A DNA stretch of 29,397 nucleotides from a virus. The stretch lies in the IMG/VR virus record IMGVR_UViG_3300021086_000003, positions 1 to 29,397 of that record; one strand, written 5' to 3'. Of the stretch, positions 8,025 through 16,970 are shown piece by piece. The notes below the pieces were generated by a model. That model had not been told where the DNA came from. It was given only the letters and a program-made list of their open reading frames with translations, and ran no database searches. Positions within the stretch are counted from its first letter, which is position 1, and every line of letters starts with the position of its first letter. A program made the position numbers and the translations under genes.

Positions 8025-10412
8025 GTGCCGCTCCCGGGCTCCGTCACCATGGTCACCGTCAACGGTACGATCCTGCACCCGATCACGGGCGTAGGCGCCA
8101 CCGGTTCGGTGACGTTCACGATTCCGCAGGCGTGCCGCACCAACGACGGCTACGTGATCGGCAACCTCCCGGCGACCGTCGCTACCGTTACCAATGGCGC
8201 GTTTACCGTGTCCCTGCCGGCCACGGACGACCCGAACGTGATCCCGCAGGGCTGGGTGTACACGGTCGCTGTCGCCACCGACGCCTATGTCGGCGTGTTC
8301 CAAGCTGCCTTGCCCTCGACTCCGAGCGTCACCACGTTCGCAGCGATGACCCCCGTGTCTGGTACGACCCCGGTCGCGGTGTACGTACCGCTCACCGCAG
8401 TGGGTGTGGCGAGCGGGGTCGCGTCCCTCGGGGTCGACGGGAAAGTACCTGCTGGCCAACTGCCGGCGGGGGCGGGTGTCCAGACCGTCACCGCTGGCAA
8501 CGCCACCGTGGCGATCGGCGGGACCGGCACGAATCCCACCGTCGCTGTCGGCACCGGAATCCCCGAATCCTCCGTGACCGGGCTAGTCACCGACTTGGCC
8601 GGCAAAGCCACCGACTCGCTGGTAGCACACCTGGCCGGCATCGAAACGGTCACCGGGGCGAAAACGTTCACCGCCGCGCCTGTTGTGCCGGCCGCCGCGT
8701 TCCCTGAAACAGCGGTGTCCGGACTGGTCGCGGACCTCGCCGGGAAAGTCCCTACGACCAGGGTCGTCACGGCGGGAACCGGGCTGTCCGGCGGCGGTGA
8801 CCTGACCGCGGACCGAACCTTGACCGTGGCATACGGCACCACGGCGGGGACAGCCGCGCAGGGCAACGACTCCCGGATCACCGGGGCGATCCAAAGCGGC
8901 GCTGCCGCAGGCGGCGACCTCGGAGGGACGTTGCCGTCCCCGACCGTGACCGCGACACACCTGGCGGCACCCCTGCCCGTAGCGCAGGGTGGCACGGGAT
9001 CGGGTGCCCAGAATTTCGTCGATCTGACTACCGCGCAGGCGGTTGCCGGGACCAAGACCTTCAGCAGTGCACCAGTGGTGCCCGCCGCATCGTTTCCCGA
9101 ATCCGCCGTCACGAACTTGACGACAGACCTGGCCAGCAAGGTCACGTCCGTGACCGCAGGGGACTCGACAGTCACAGTTGCTGGTACCGCGGCAGCCCCC
9201 ACGGTCGCGGTGAACGCGGTCCCGGAGTCGAAGGTCACCAACCTCACGGCCGACCTCGCTGCGAGGCTGCTCTCGGCGAATAACCTCTCGGACGTTGCCA
9301 GCGCCGCTACGGCACGCACCAGCCTGGGCTTGGCGACGGGCGCCACGGCTGCGATCGACACCACTGCATCGGATATCGCGGCGCTCGGGACGCAGGCCGC
9401 TGGAGCGATCGGCAAGCTCGCGGACGCCGGGCATGTGCATCAGATGCCGCGCCTGGACCAGGTCGCCACACCAACGGCTGCGGTGGGGCTGGGCTCCCAG
9501 AAGATCACGTCGCTGGCCAACGGCTCCGCGGCCACTGATGGCGCCGCGTTCGGGCAGATCCCGGTCGCTGGCACGGGAGCGGGTACCTACACCGCTGGCA
9601 ACGCCACCGTGGCGGGCGATTTGGCAGGGACGCTACCCAATCCGACCGTGGCGAAGATCAACGGCGTGGCCATACCAACGAGTCCGGGCGCCACACTGCT
9701 GTCCGCGCTCGCCGGCCCGCCGGTTTTCGCGGAGAGTTTCGGGGGCACCGTCGCCGCCAACTGCGACACCACTACCAGCAACTACACCAGCAGTCCCGGT
9801 GGTAGTTCCAACAACTTCGCCGGGGCAACATCGGTGTTCGCTGCGGCCGGGGCTGACGGATACGGGCATTGCGGCAAGGTCTCCATCCCGGCCGGTTCGG
9901 GTGCTTTTGCCTTCCTGGGCACCGGTATCTCACCGTCACGGAGCCTGCTGTACCTGCGCCAGTACGTGCAGATCCCGACCCTCGCGTCGAGTCCGGTCCC
10001 CATCGCGACTTTGAAAAACGGCGGCATCAACGGGACCCACCAGGCACGGATCCAGATCTCCAGCACCGGCACCGGCAGCCACGTACAGCTACTGGACGGG
10101 TCGGACGCGGTCGCCGCTACCAGCACCCTGGCGGTGGTAGCGGCGACGTGGATCAGGCTGGAGTGGAAGGCGAACCCGGCCGGCAGCGCCCAGGCGCTGA
10201 ACATCTACACCGGTACGAACCTTCACACCACGACCATCACGGAGACCCTGTCGGCCGCGATGGGCTCCAGCAACATCGACTACCTGGAGCACGGGCCGAC
10301 CTCGAATCCCGTCACCCCAGCCACATTCTCGGTGCTCTACGACGAGGTGCTGGTCCTGGCTGACGGCTATCCCGGCCCACTGGCCCGGTCCTGGGTCTAC
10401 TCCGGCACATAG
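8025..10412 (+). CDS. Tail fiber/appendage-like protein with internal repeats and C-terminal lectin-like beta domain
   Basis: 795 aa Ala/Thr/Gly/Val rich; GVASLGVDGKVP, AGTGLSGGGDL, PESxVTxLxxDLAxK x4, LLSANNLSDVASAATARTSLGL, KITSLANGSAATD fiber motifs; WIRLEW...LYDEV C-terminus. Confidence 0.75.
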   Translation: MPLPGSVTMVTVNGTILHPITGVGATGSVTFTIPQACRTNDGYVIGNLPATVATVTNGAFTVSLPATDDPNVIPQGWVYTVAVATDAYVGVFQAALPSTPSVTTFAAMTPVSGTTPVAVYVPLTAVGVASGVASLGVDGKVPAGQLPAGAGVQTVTAGNATVAIGGTGTNPTVAVGTGIPESSVTGLVTDLAGKATDSLVAHLAGIETVTGAKTFTAAPVVPAAAFPETAVSGLVADLAGKVPTTRVVTAGTGLSGGGDLTADRTLTVAYGTTAGTAAQGNDSRITGAIQSGAAAGGDLGGTLPSPTVTATHLAAPLPVAQGGTGSGAQNFVDLTTAQAVAGTKTFSSAPVVPAASFPESAVTNLTTDLASKVTSVTAGDSTVTVAGTAAAPTVAVNAVPESKVTNLTADLAARLLSANNLSDVASAATARTSLGLATGATAAIDTTASDIAALGTQAAGAIGKLADAGHVHQMPRLDQVATPTAAVGLGSQKITSLANGSAATDGAAFGQIPVAGTGAGTYTAGNATVAGDLAGTLPNPTVAKINGVAIPTSPGATLLSALAGPPVFAESFGGTVAANCDTTTSNYTSSPGGSSNNFAGATSVFAAAGADGYGHCGKVSIPAGSGAFAFLGTGISPSRSLLYLRQYVQIPTLASSPVPIATLKNGGINGTHQARIQISSTGTGSHVQLLDGSDAVAATSTLAVVAATWIRLEWKANPAGSAQALNIYTGTNLHTTTITETLSAAMGSSNIDYLEHGPTSNPVTPATFSVLYDEVLVLADGYPGPLARSWVYSGT

Positions 10413-10471
10413 CCCCCCTGCGCTCTCTTCCCTCGCTGGTTACTGCCCCCCTTACGCGTCGGGAGTGAGCC

Positions 10472-11410
10472 ATGCCCATCCCCAGTACCGTTGTCCAGAC
10501 CACCATCCGTGGCACCATCCTCAACCCGATCACCGGGGCACCTGCGGTTGGCACGATCGCGTTCACGATCCCCCCGTCAGTGCGGACCACCAGCGGCTAC
10601 CTGCTAGGGAACACGGCACCGTTCGTGGCGACCCTCACCGCGTCCGGTACCTACACCCTCACCCTGCCCTCCACCGACGACCCGATCCTGCTGCCGTCCG
10701 GATGGCTGTACACCGTGCAGGTCGCCACGGACGCGCTTGCCGCGACCTACCAGTCAGGCGTGCCACTCGCTTCGTCGGGCACCGTGTTCGCGACCGCCCC
10801 GATCGTGCCGATCCCGACGTCCACGGTCACCGCCAAAGGGGATCTGCTCGCCGCGACCGGCTCCGCCGCTGTGGCACGGCAGGCGGTGGGCAGCAACGGG
10901 CAGGTGTTGACCGCTGACTCCGCCCAAACCACCGGGGTCAAGTGGGCTACCCCGGCTGCCGCGACCGTGCCCACGGTCCGGTCCGCGTGGATCGCCACCG
11001 GGGACACCACCCTGCCCAACACGGCCGGGCTGTGGGCCGCGGTCGCCGGGTTCGAGCTGGACATGCCGGCAGCGGTGGGGCAGTGGGTGGAGATCGGTGT
11101 GCACGCCATGCGGTCGGACACCGCGAGCGCGTTCCTGGACATCGCCGTGATCGTCGGCACCACGCTGGTGCGGTTCCTGGCCACCGGCACCAGCACGGCG
11201 GGGTTCGAGGGCGACCCCGGTTGGTACACCTCGTCCACGTCGTTCAACGCGCAGTCCGCGTCCAGGGGGTTTGTTGTGACCTCCGGGGACCTGGACGGCG
11301 GCAACGTGCGCTTCGTGGTGGCCACGAAGGCCACCGGCAGCGGCACCCTGTTCAGTTCCGCCAACTACCCGTTCTATTGGCGCGCCCTGAACCTCGGTGC
11401 CACCAACTAG
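10472..11410 (+). CDS. Second fiber/appendage-like protein, N-terminal domain paralogous to 8025..10412
   Basis: GTILNPITG...FTIP...LPSTDDP...GWLYTVQVATDA shared with upstream gene; TAKGDLLAAT...VGSNGQVLTADSAQTTGVKW fiber motif. Confidence 0.75.
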   Translation: MPIPSTVVQTTIRGTILNPITGAPAVGTIAFTIPPSVRTTSGYLLGNTAPFVATLTASGTYTLTLPSTDDPILLPSGWLYTVQVATDALAATYQSGVPLASSGTVFATAPIVPIPTSTVTAKGDLLAATGSAAVARQAVGSNGQVLTADSAQTTGVKWATPAAATVPTVRSAWIATGDTTLPNTAGLWAAVAGFELDMPAAVGQWVEIGVHAMRSDTASAFLDIAVIVGTTLVRFLATGTSTAGFEGDPGWYTSSTSFNAQSASRGFVVTSGDLDGGNVRFVVATKATGSGTLFSSANYPFYWRALNLGATN

Positions 11411-11491
11411 CTGCTGCCGCCGCGACTACCTGCGCCGTACGGTGGCGCTAGGTGATACCGGTCGTCGCCCTCCCCCAGTGGCGGCCGTACC

Positions 11492-11547
11492 AAGGCCCCC
11501 TCGACACTCCCCGGGCTCAGCCGGGTCGGGTGTCGAGGGGGCCTTTT
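11492..11547 (+). terminator. Intrinsic terminator ending the late operon
   Basis: AAGGCCCCCTCGACAC...GTGTCGAGGGGGCCTT perfect 16-bp stem running into TTTT. Confidence 0.85.
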
Positions 11548-11561
11548 CGTACGTCCGCCGG

Positions 11562-11598
11562 TTGACCAGTACCCGGCTGGGCTGTGTACTGGTGGGGT
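11562..11598 (+). promoter_or_regulatory. Promoter/operator element, copy 1
   Basis: TTGACC-17bp-TGTACT, 6 nt before GTG 11597 (leaderless); contains dyad CCAGTAC-N13-GTACTGG; 27/30 identical to 12619-12648. Confidence 0.6.
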
Positions 11599-12436
11599 GC
11601 TCGAACTGTGGGACACCACCAAAATCGCGGTAGCAGCCGGTTCCACCACCGCATCCATCCGGGATCTCGCCGGCACCCGCAACACTGCGGGCAGCGTGCT
11701 TCCGGCCCCGGTCGCCACTGTTGGCGACGAACACGGTTGGCTGCCTGGCCAGGCTGACGACGTGGTGGCGTGGTTCACCGGCTCGCCGCTACCGGAGACG
11801 GTGCCACTGTTGGTGGTGTATCTGACCACCACGGACGTCGCCGAACTGACCGGGCGCACCGTGCGGGCGGTGCAGATGGCGGTGTGGCGGGCCCGGAACA
11901 CGAACCGTCCCGACCCGATCCCCCAACCCGATGTGGAGATCCAGCGCCTGGCGGGCGCCCGTACTGCCCGGGTCGTGGGCTGGCTGCCGGCACGGCGGGG
12001 CGAGCTGCGCCGATGGCGTAGCCCCGCGGCAGTGGCCGATGTGGCGCCGATGGGTGTGGTGACGGTGGGGTTGGCGCACCTCGCGCGCGTGCTGCGTGTG
12101 CAGCCCCGGACGGTGCGGGACTGGTACGAGGTGTGTCGACGTGACCCTGACGACCCATTCCCGGCACCGGACACCGTGACCGCGGGCTGCGAGTACGCCC
12201 GGACAGAACAGCCGGGATGGATGCTGGCGCGGGTACCGGCGGTGGTGGCGTGGAGTCGCCGCCACCAAGCGCGGAGACGGAAGGCGCTGGACGATGCCCG
12301 ATCCGGTGGCGCTGATCCCGTGGTGGTGTGGCGGGATCGGGGCATGTCGTGGCAGACGGTGGCGTCGCTGACTGGGTTGTCTTCCCGGGGTGCCCGGCTG
12401 CGGTACCTGCAAGCCACCAGACCTACCGACCGGTAA
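11597..12436 (+). CDS. Multi-HTH DNA-binding protein (three tandem Xis/MerR-like winged HTH plus C-terminal HTH)
   Basis: Three repeats ending LPAPVATV..HGW, IPQPDVEI..VGW, FPAPDTV..PGW, each preceded by a helix-turn-helix; C-terminal RGMSWQTVASLTGLSSRGARLRY. Confidence 0.75.
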   Translation: MLELWDTTKIAVAAGSTTASIRDLAGTRNTAGSVLPAPVATVGDEHGWLPGQADDVVAWFTGSPLPETVPLLVVYLTTTDVAELTGRTVRAVQMAVWRARNTNRPDPIPQPDVEIQRLAGARTARVVGWLPARRGELRRWRSPAAVADVAPMGVVTVGLAHLARVLRVQPRTVRDWYEVCRRDPDDPFPAPDTVTAGCEYARTEQPGWMLARVPAVVAWSRRHQARRRKALDDARSGGADPVVVWRDRGMSWQTVASLTGLSSRGARLRYLQATRPTDR

Positions 12437-12452
12437 CGTCCGGGTACAGAAC

Positions 12453-12482
12453 GGCCCCCCAGTCGAGCAGGACTGGGGGGCC
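12453..12482 (+). terminator. Hairpin terminator
   Basis: GGCCCCCCAGTC-GAGCAG-GACTGGGGGGCC 12-bp stem 16 nt after the stop codon. Confidence 0.7.
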
Positions 12483-12611
12483 TACCCTGTTTACCTTCCA
12501 CCACGAAGGGGCCCGCAGAGGCGGTGGAGAATCTGCGTACCGAACAGGGCTTCAGGATAGCGGATCATCGGGGCGGCACCAACGAGCCCCGCTGTTGATC
12601 TCCGCGTGTGG

Positions 12612-12648
12612 TTGCTTGGTACCCGGTTTGGGTGTGTACTGGTGGGGT
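12612..12648 (+). promoter_or_regulatory. Promoter/operator element, copy 2
   Basis: TTGCTT-17bp-TGTACT; GTACCCGG-N6-TGTGTACTGGTGGGGT shared with copy 1. Confidence 0.6.
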
Positions 12649-12678
12649 CCACCACGACACCCGCAAGGAGCACGAACC

Positions 12679-12894
12679 ATGTTCGAACCCCCGGACGAGG
12701 CCGCCGATTGGGTCGTTGTCCACCGCCTCACCGACGAAAACCTCCGCGCCAGCGCCGCCAGCGCCGCGGAGCGCCACGAAGCCGCCGCCGTTCTTCTCCG
12801 ACGTCGCTGGTCGGTCAACCAGGTGGCGCTACGGCTGTGGATGAGCCACTCCGTCGTCACCAAGATCGCCGCTGGCCTCGCCTCTGCCGCCTGA
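12679..12894 (+). CDS. Small HTH protein (71 aa)
   Basis: AAGGAG RBS before ATG 12679; RRWSVNQVALRLWMSHSVVTKI HTH. Confidence 0.75.
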   Translation: MFEPPDEAADWVVVHRLTDENLRASAASAAERHEAAAVLLRRRWSVNQVALRLWMSHSVVTKIAAGLASAA

Positions 12895-12904
12895 CCTCTC
12901 CATA

Positions 12905-12946
12905 ACTGTGGCCCCTCACCGGGGAAGTCCGGTGAGGGGCCACAGT
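12905..12946. terminator. Bidirectional hairpin between convergent genes
   Basis: ACTGTGGCCCCTCACCGG-GGAAGT-CCGGTGAGGGGCCACAGT 18-bp perfect stem. Confidence 0.85.
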
Positions 12947-12965
12947 CGTATCTCGTGGTGGAGAG

Positions 12966-13214
12966 CTACATCCCGGCCGCGCCCAGCACGGCAGCGGCCA
13001 CCTGTCCCAGCCGGTGCCACTCCTGGTCGGTGTACACCAGCCCGGTTCCCGGCGAGTATTGCTTGAGCACCGCTCCCAGACCCTCGAGGTCTTCGGCCTG
13101 TTCGCACACCACGTGCATGTACGTCAGGTCCAGGATATGATCCGCCTGCTGGTGGGTGAGGCCCTCCGCGTCAGCCAACTGGACGACGTCGTTGGTGACC
13201 ACCGCGCGGGTCAC
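12966..13214 (-). CDS. Hypothetical protein (82 aa)
   Basis: GTGA coupling to upstream gene; last gene before the terminator. Confidence 0.7.
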   Translation of the reverse strand: MTRAVVTNDVVQLADAEGLTHQQADHILDLTYMHVVCEQAEDLEGLGAVLKQYSPGTGLVYTDQEWHRLGQVAAAVLGAAGM

Positions 13215-13438
13215 GCTGTCACCTGGGCCAACTCGGCGTCCGTCGCGCCCAGCACGGCGTAGTACGCCTCCCGCAGATCCGGGTCGTCAACGCTGCGGGC
13301 GATATCGCTGGCCTGGCAGCCCGTCACCGGGTCGCGGGTGTAGGCCACCGCCTCGGCATCGGTCATGTTGTACATGCTGGGGTCGGTGTCGGCGCGGGTG
13401 TCGTCGCCGACGAGTCGTACAGCGGTCGTGAGGTCCAT
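13211..13438 (-). CDS. Hypothetical protein (75 aa, MDLTTAVR...)
   Basis: GAAGGGA RBS before ATG 13438. Confidence 0.7.
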   Translation of the reverse strand: MDLTTAVRLVGDDTRADTDPSMYNMTDAEAVAYTRDPVTGCQASDIARSVDDPDLREAYYAVLGATDAELAQVTA

Positions 13439-13481
13439 GGGATTCCCTTCGGGTTTCGTGGTGGATTGGGCGGGCAATGGT

Positions 13482-13667
13482 TTACGCCGGTTCGAGATGA
13501 TCAACGACGCTGGCGATGGTGTTCCCGGCCTTGTAGCCGTCCCACCAGACGGCGCCCAAACCGGTCGGTTCGAACACCTCCACCGTTCCCACCAGCGGCT
13601 GCTGGGTGTCATCGGTCCAGGTTTGGTGGCGGACCCGTTGGCCGTGGATAACATTCGTCAACATCAT
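13482..13667 (-). CDS. Hypothetical protein, possible SH3-like small beta barrel
   Basis: TGATG overlap; GQRVRH...GTVEV...AVWWDG...LEP pattern. Confidence 0.6.
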   Translation of the reverse strand: MMLTNVIHGQRVRHQTWTDDTQQPLVGTVEVFEPTGLGAVWWDGYKAGNTIASVVDHLEPA

Positions 13668-13897
13668 CAGGTCACGGCCACCCGAACCGGGTCCGCTGGC
13701 CGCAACGTCCACGCCCACCGACGGTCGTTACCCGAGATTCCCACCAAGTCTTGACCGTTCTCCCTGTAGGCCGTGACGTACGTGACCTGCTCGCCCCGCT
13801 CTCGCACGTTGCTCATCTCGTACAGGTCGCCGGGGTAGATGGTCATGCCGACCGTGACTTTGACCGCAGGGATGTCCCCGGTGGTTTGCTGGGCCAC
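13667..13897 (-). CDS. Hypothetical protein (76 aa)
   Basis: AGGAGG RBS before GTG 13897. Confidence 0.65.
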   Translation of the reverse strand: MAQQTTGDIPAVKVTVGMTIYPGDLYEMSNVRERGEQVTYVTAYRENGQDLVGISGNDRRWAWTLRPADPVRVAVT

Positions 13898-13899
13898 GA

Positions 13900-14082
13900 C
13901 TACCGCCTCCTGTCGAGACGGGGGTTGGCTTCCATCTCCTGTTCGATCATGGAAGTACTCAGGTGGAAAACAGCGAGTAGCGAATCCAAGTCCCCGCTCG
14001 CTACGGTCCGTCCGTTGAACGAGACGTACCATGTGCCGGCCTGTTCGTCCTGGGCGACGGTCACGGTTACTGGTCGAGCCAT
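13900..14082 (-). CDS. Hypothetical protein (60 aa)
   Basis: AAGGGAG RBS before ATG 14082. Confidence 0.65.
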   Translation of the reverse strand: MARPVTVTVAQDEQAGTWYVSFNGRTVASGDLDSLLAVFHLSTSMIEQEMEANPRLDRRR

Positions 14083-14157
14083 GTGTTGCTCCCTTCGTGG
14101 TGGGTGCGGTAGTGCTGTTATGCGGTACGGCGCACCGCGAGATACTCGCCGGACAGG

Positions 14158-14631
14158 TCAGTAGGGCAGGTATCGGCCGCCGCGGTGGACCGACTGCACG
14201 CCGGGCACGCTGTCGAGTGACCCGTACCGACCCAGGGCATACCGGACTCCTGCGACGATGTTGTCCACCGGGGCCCAGATGTCACCGTGCCCCGGTACTG
14301 CGTGGGCCCGGAACGTGGAGATGGTGGTTTGCATCAACCCTTCGGAGGGGTTGCCTGCGGCGGCGTTGCTGTCGGTCCGGTTGATGCTGTTGGGGTTGCC
14401 GCCGGACTCGTTCCGGATGATGATCCACACGTCCGAGTCGTTCAACGCGCTGGCTGGGGTGCTATTCGCCACCAGCACCGCATCGGCCTGGGTGATCCAC
14501 TGGCTGACGGTGCCAGGCGGCACGGAGGTGGGTGTTGCCGCGCTGGACGGACTGTGGGTGCCGACATACCAGCCACCGACGACGAGCAGCGCGAGGACCG
14601 GTCCCGCTGAGCGGTGACGGGTAAGGGACAC
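14158..14631 (-). CDS. Secreted or membrane-anchored lytic transglycosylase (SLT domain)
   Basis: N-terminal hydrophobic signal; IIRNESGGNPNSIN...GLMQT...PVDNIVAGVRYALGRYG; RBS AAAGGAGGAG. Confidence 0.92.
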   Translation of the reverse strand: MSLTRHRSAGPVLALLVVGGWYVGTHSPSSAATPTSVPPGTVSQWITQADAVLVANSTPASALNDSDVWIIIRNESGGNPNSINRTDSNAAAGNPSEGLMQTTISTFRAHAVPGHGDIWAPVDNIVAGVRYALGRYGSLDSVPGVQSVHRGGRYLPY

Positions 14632-14742
14632 TGGGAACTCCTCCTTTGTTCTGGTGGTTCGGGACTGGAGACACCGGCCGGGCGATGCGGTGGTGGCGCT
14701 GTGGAAGGTGGAACCTCCGCTAACTGCCCGGCCGGTGGGTTC

Positions 14743-16863
14743 TTAGGCGGCCCGCTGGTAGCGGCCCTGCTTGCCGGCGTGCTCGAGCACGCCGTCCGCA
14801 ACCAGTTCGGCGAGCTTGCGTTTCACGGTGCGTTCGCTGACCACGCCCGTTGCGGTGAGGCGGACCACGATCTCCCCCGTTTCGATGACTCCCCCGTCGA
14901 TCAGGTCGCAGATCGCGTGGTGGGTGCTGTCCCAGGTGGTTTCCGTCCCGTCCGGGACGGCGTGGAGCGGCTCCATGTCGGCGGCGGTGAGTTCGGCGGG
15001 CATCTTGGCTCGCAGGTCGTCGAACCCCCCGGCCAGGGTGATCGTGGTGTCAGCCGTCTCGGGTGTGGTGTCCAGGTTGTTTCGCAGCCGGTGCAGGCGC
15101 AGCTCGAACTTGCGCAGTGCCTCCGCGCGCTGCGCATCCGCTGGGGTGCGGGACTCCATGTAGCGTTTCACCGCCAGGCCGCCGTTCTCGTCCCACTGGT
15201 AGATGGGGATGGCCCGCGCCCACGGCGTCATGTCCTGGGCGTAACCCGTGCGCAGCATCAGCGCCCGGGTCATCTTCGGGGCCTTGAGGTAGGCGTAGCC
15301 GCCGTCGGTGGGGAGCTTGTTCGGGGCGATGGTGGTGCCCGAGATCATGGTGTGGGCGTAGGTGCTGGCGGAGTAGAACGCCACGACGTTGCGGCTGGTC
15401 AGGATGTCCCGCAGGGCGGTGACGTTCCCGAAGTCGTCCTTGAGGTCCACGCCCTGGGTGGCGGTCCAGACCGCGACACCCTTTTTCCGGCCCAACCGCA
15501 CCACCTGCGCCACTTCGGCGGCGAACGCCGGGTCGATCCGGAACAGGCGATGAGCCTCGTCGATGATCCACAGCAAGCCCATGCGGGCAGGTGAGGGGTT
15601 CACGCCCCGGATGTCCGGGGGAAGCACGGCGTTCTCCTCGCCGCGGGTCGCCAGATACTCCTGCACCGCGGCCAACTGTCGGCGTGCCCCTTCGATGCCT
15701 GCTTCGGCCGCGGTCATGTACTCGTTGAGCAGCGCCGACGAGTCGGCGTCCTCGGACCCGTCGCAGTACAGCACCTTCCAGCAGCCCGACACCAGGGCGG
15801 ACATACCCAGGTTCTCCAGGAACACCGATTTCCCCATGCCGGGGTCACCGGTGACGAGACCGTTGATGACGGTGGCGTTGTGGTCGGTCAACTGCACCGA
15901 CCCCCACCCTTCGCCGTCCACCCACGGGCCGACCGGGACGAACCCGTCGTGGTAGCGGGGACCGGGGTAGGCCACCCCGTGTTGCAGCGGGTTCGCCGTG
16001 AGGAACGTCAGCACACCCTTCGAGTGGTCGCCGGAGGGGTGCGGCTCGATGAGGATGTCGCGGCGTTTGATCCCCAGGTATCCGACCATCGCGGCGATCG
16101 CGGACAGCACCGCGTCCGCGGCGAGCATGTCGTAGTTGTGCAGTTCGGGGTCCAGGTGGATTTCTGCGCGGACCCCGTTCCGGGTCCGCTCCCCGCCCGT
16201 GAAGATCGACCCGGCGAACTTGCGGCCTGGACCCCCGAAGTAGGTGTCCCACAGTGCACCCAACTGTTGCACCAGGTCCAACGGCTCCGGCTCCGGTTCG
16301 GCCAGCACCTCGACGGGTTCCGGTTCGACGTCGCGGGTCGGGTTGGGTAGCCGGTGATGGCGGTACCACGCCGCGGACAAGGCCACGGTGACCGTGGCGA
16401 GCAGTGCGGCCAGCAGCCATGACGGGCCCGCCACGGTGGTCAACGTTGCCCATACCGCCGCGACCGCGCCGGCCAGCCAGAACCGCAGCGACCACTGCGG
16501 CACGAACACCCTGCGCAGTCCCCACCGCACCACGAACACCACGCCGGTCGCGGCCAGCCCCGCTACGGTCGCTGTGGCTGCCGTGTTGTGGTCGGCGACC
16601 GCCACATAGTGGCTGCACACCCCATACACCCACGTGCCAGCGGTCGCGGCCCACGGCCACACCGTGGCGTGCTGCCACCCCCGGATCGCGTGCTGCTCCA
16701 ACGACCACGCCTGCTGCCGCGCCTTCCGCGCCTCCCACAAGTCCCGCGCTGGCCGGCGCCGCTCCTGTTGGCTGGCGCGGTCATCGGCCAACGCAGCGCC
16801 CACGCCGTCCCGGATCGCGTTCTCCGCATACCTCGCGGCGATCGCCGTATCGAGCAGATCCAT
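14743..16863 (-). CDS. traB: TraB-like FtsK/SpoIIIE conjugative DNA translocase
   Basis: N-terminal TM segments; Walker A GDPGMGKS; Walker B LWIIDEAH; RLGRKKGVAVWTATQ; C-terminal winged helix (VSERTVKRKLAELVADGVL). Confidence 0.88.
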   Translation of the reverse strand: MDLLDTAIAARYAENAIRDGVGAALADDRASQQERRRPARDLWEARKARQQAWSLEQHAIRGWQHATVWPWAATAGTWVYGVCSHYVAVADHNTAATATVAGLAATGVVFVVRWGLRRVFVPQWSLRFWLAGAVAAVWATLTTVAGPSWLLAALLATVTVALSAAWYRHHRLPNPTRDVEPEPVEVLAEPEPEPLDLVQQLGALWDTYFGGPGRKFAGSIFTGGERTRNGVRAEIHLDPELHNYDMLAADAVLSAIAAMVGYLGIKRRDILIEPHPSGDHSKGVLTFLTANPLQHGVAYPGPRYHDGFVPVGPWVDGEGWGSVQLTDHNATVINGLVTGDPGMGKSVFLENLGMSALVSGCWKVLYCDGSEDADSSALLNEYMTAAEAGIEGARRQLAAVQEYLATRGEENAVLPPDIRGVNPSPARMGLLWIIDEAHRLFRIDPAFAAEVAQVVRLGRKKGVAVWTATQGVDLKDDFGNVTALRDILTSRNVVAFYSASTYAHTMISGTTIAPNKLPTDGGYAYLKAPKMTRALMLRTGYAQDMTPWARAIPIYQWDENGGLAVKRYMESRTPADAQRAEALRKFELRLHRLRNNLDTTPETADTTITLAGGFDDLRAKMPAELTAADMEPLHAVPDGTETTWDSTHHAICDLIDGGVIETGEIVVRLTATGVVSERTVKRKLAELVADGVLEHAGKQGRYQRAA

Positions 16864-16970
16864 CGCGTTGTCCTTTGCCGCCGCTGGAGAGTTGATGGGT
16901 GGTCACTGGGTGCCCCCGCTCCGACTGAACGGGTGCCCAGGCTGAACCTGGGGGCGGGGGCGGTGTTGGG

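Noticed and set aside
7154-8707. 517-aa plus-strand ORF spanning endolysin and fiber
   Set aside because: Arg/Pro-rich off-frame translation typical of high-GC DNA
8025-11410. Diversity-generating retroelement or invertase-driven fiber switching
   Set aside because: No reverse transcriptase or recombinase, no adenine-specific TR/VR pair and no inverted fiber cassette in the window
12510-12606. Possible structured RNA or 24-codon ORF between the HTH genes
   Set aside because: Imperfect GC-rich stems are expected by chance; no supporting motif
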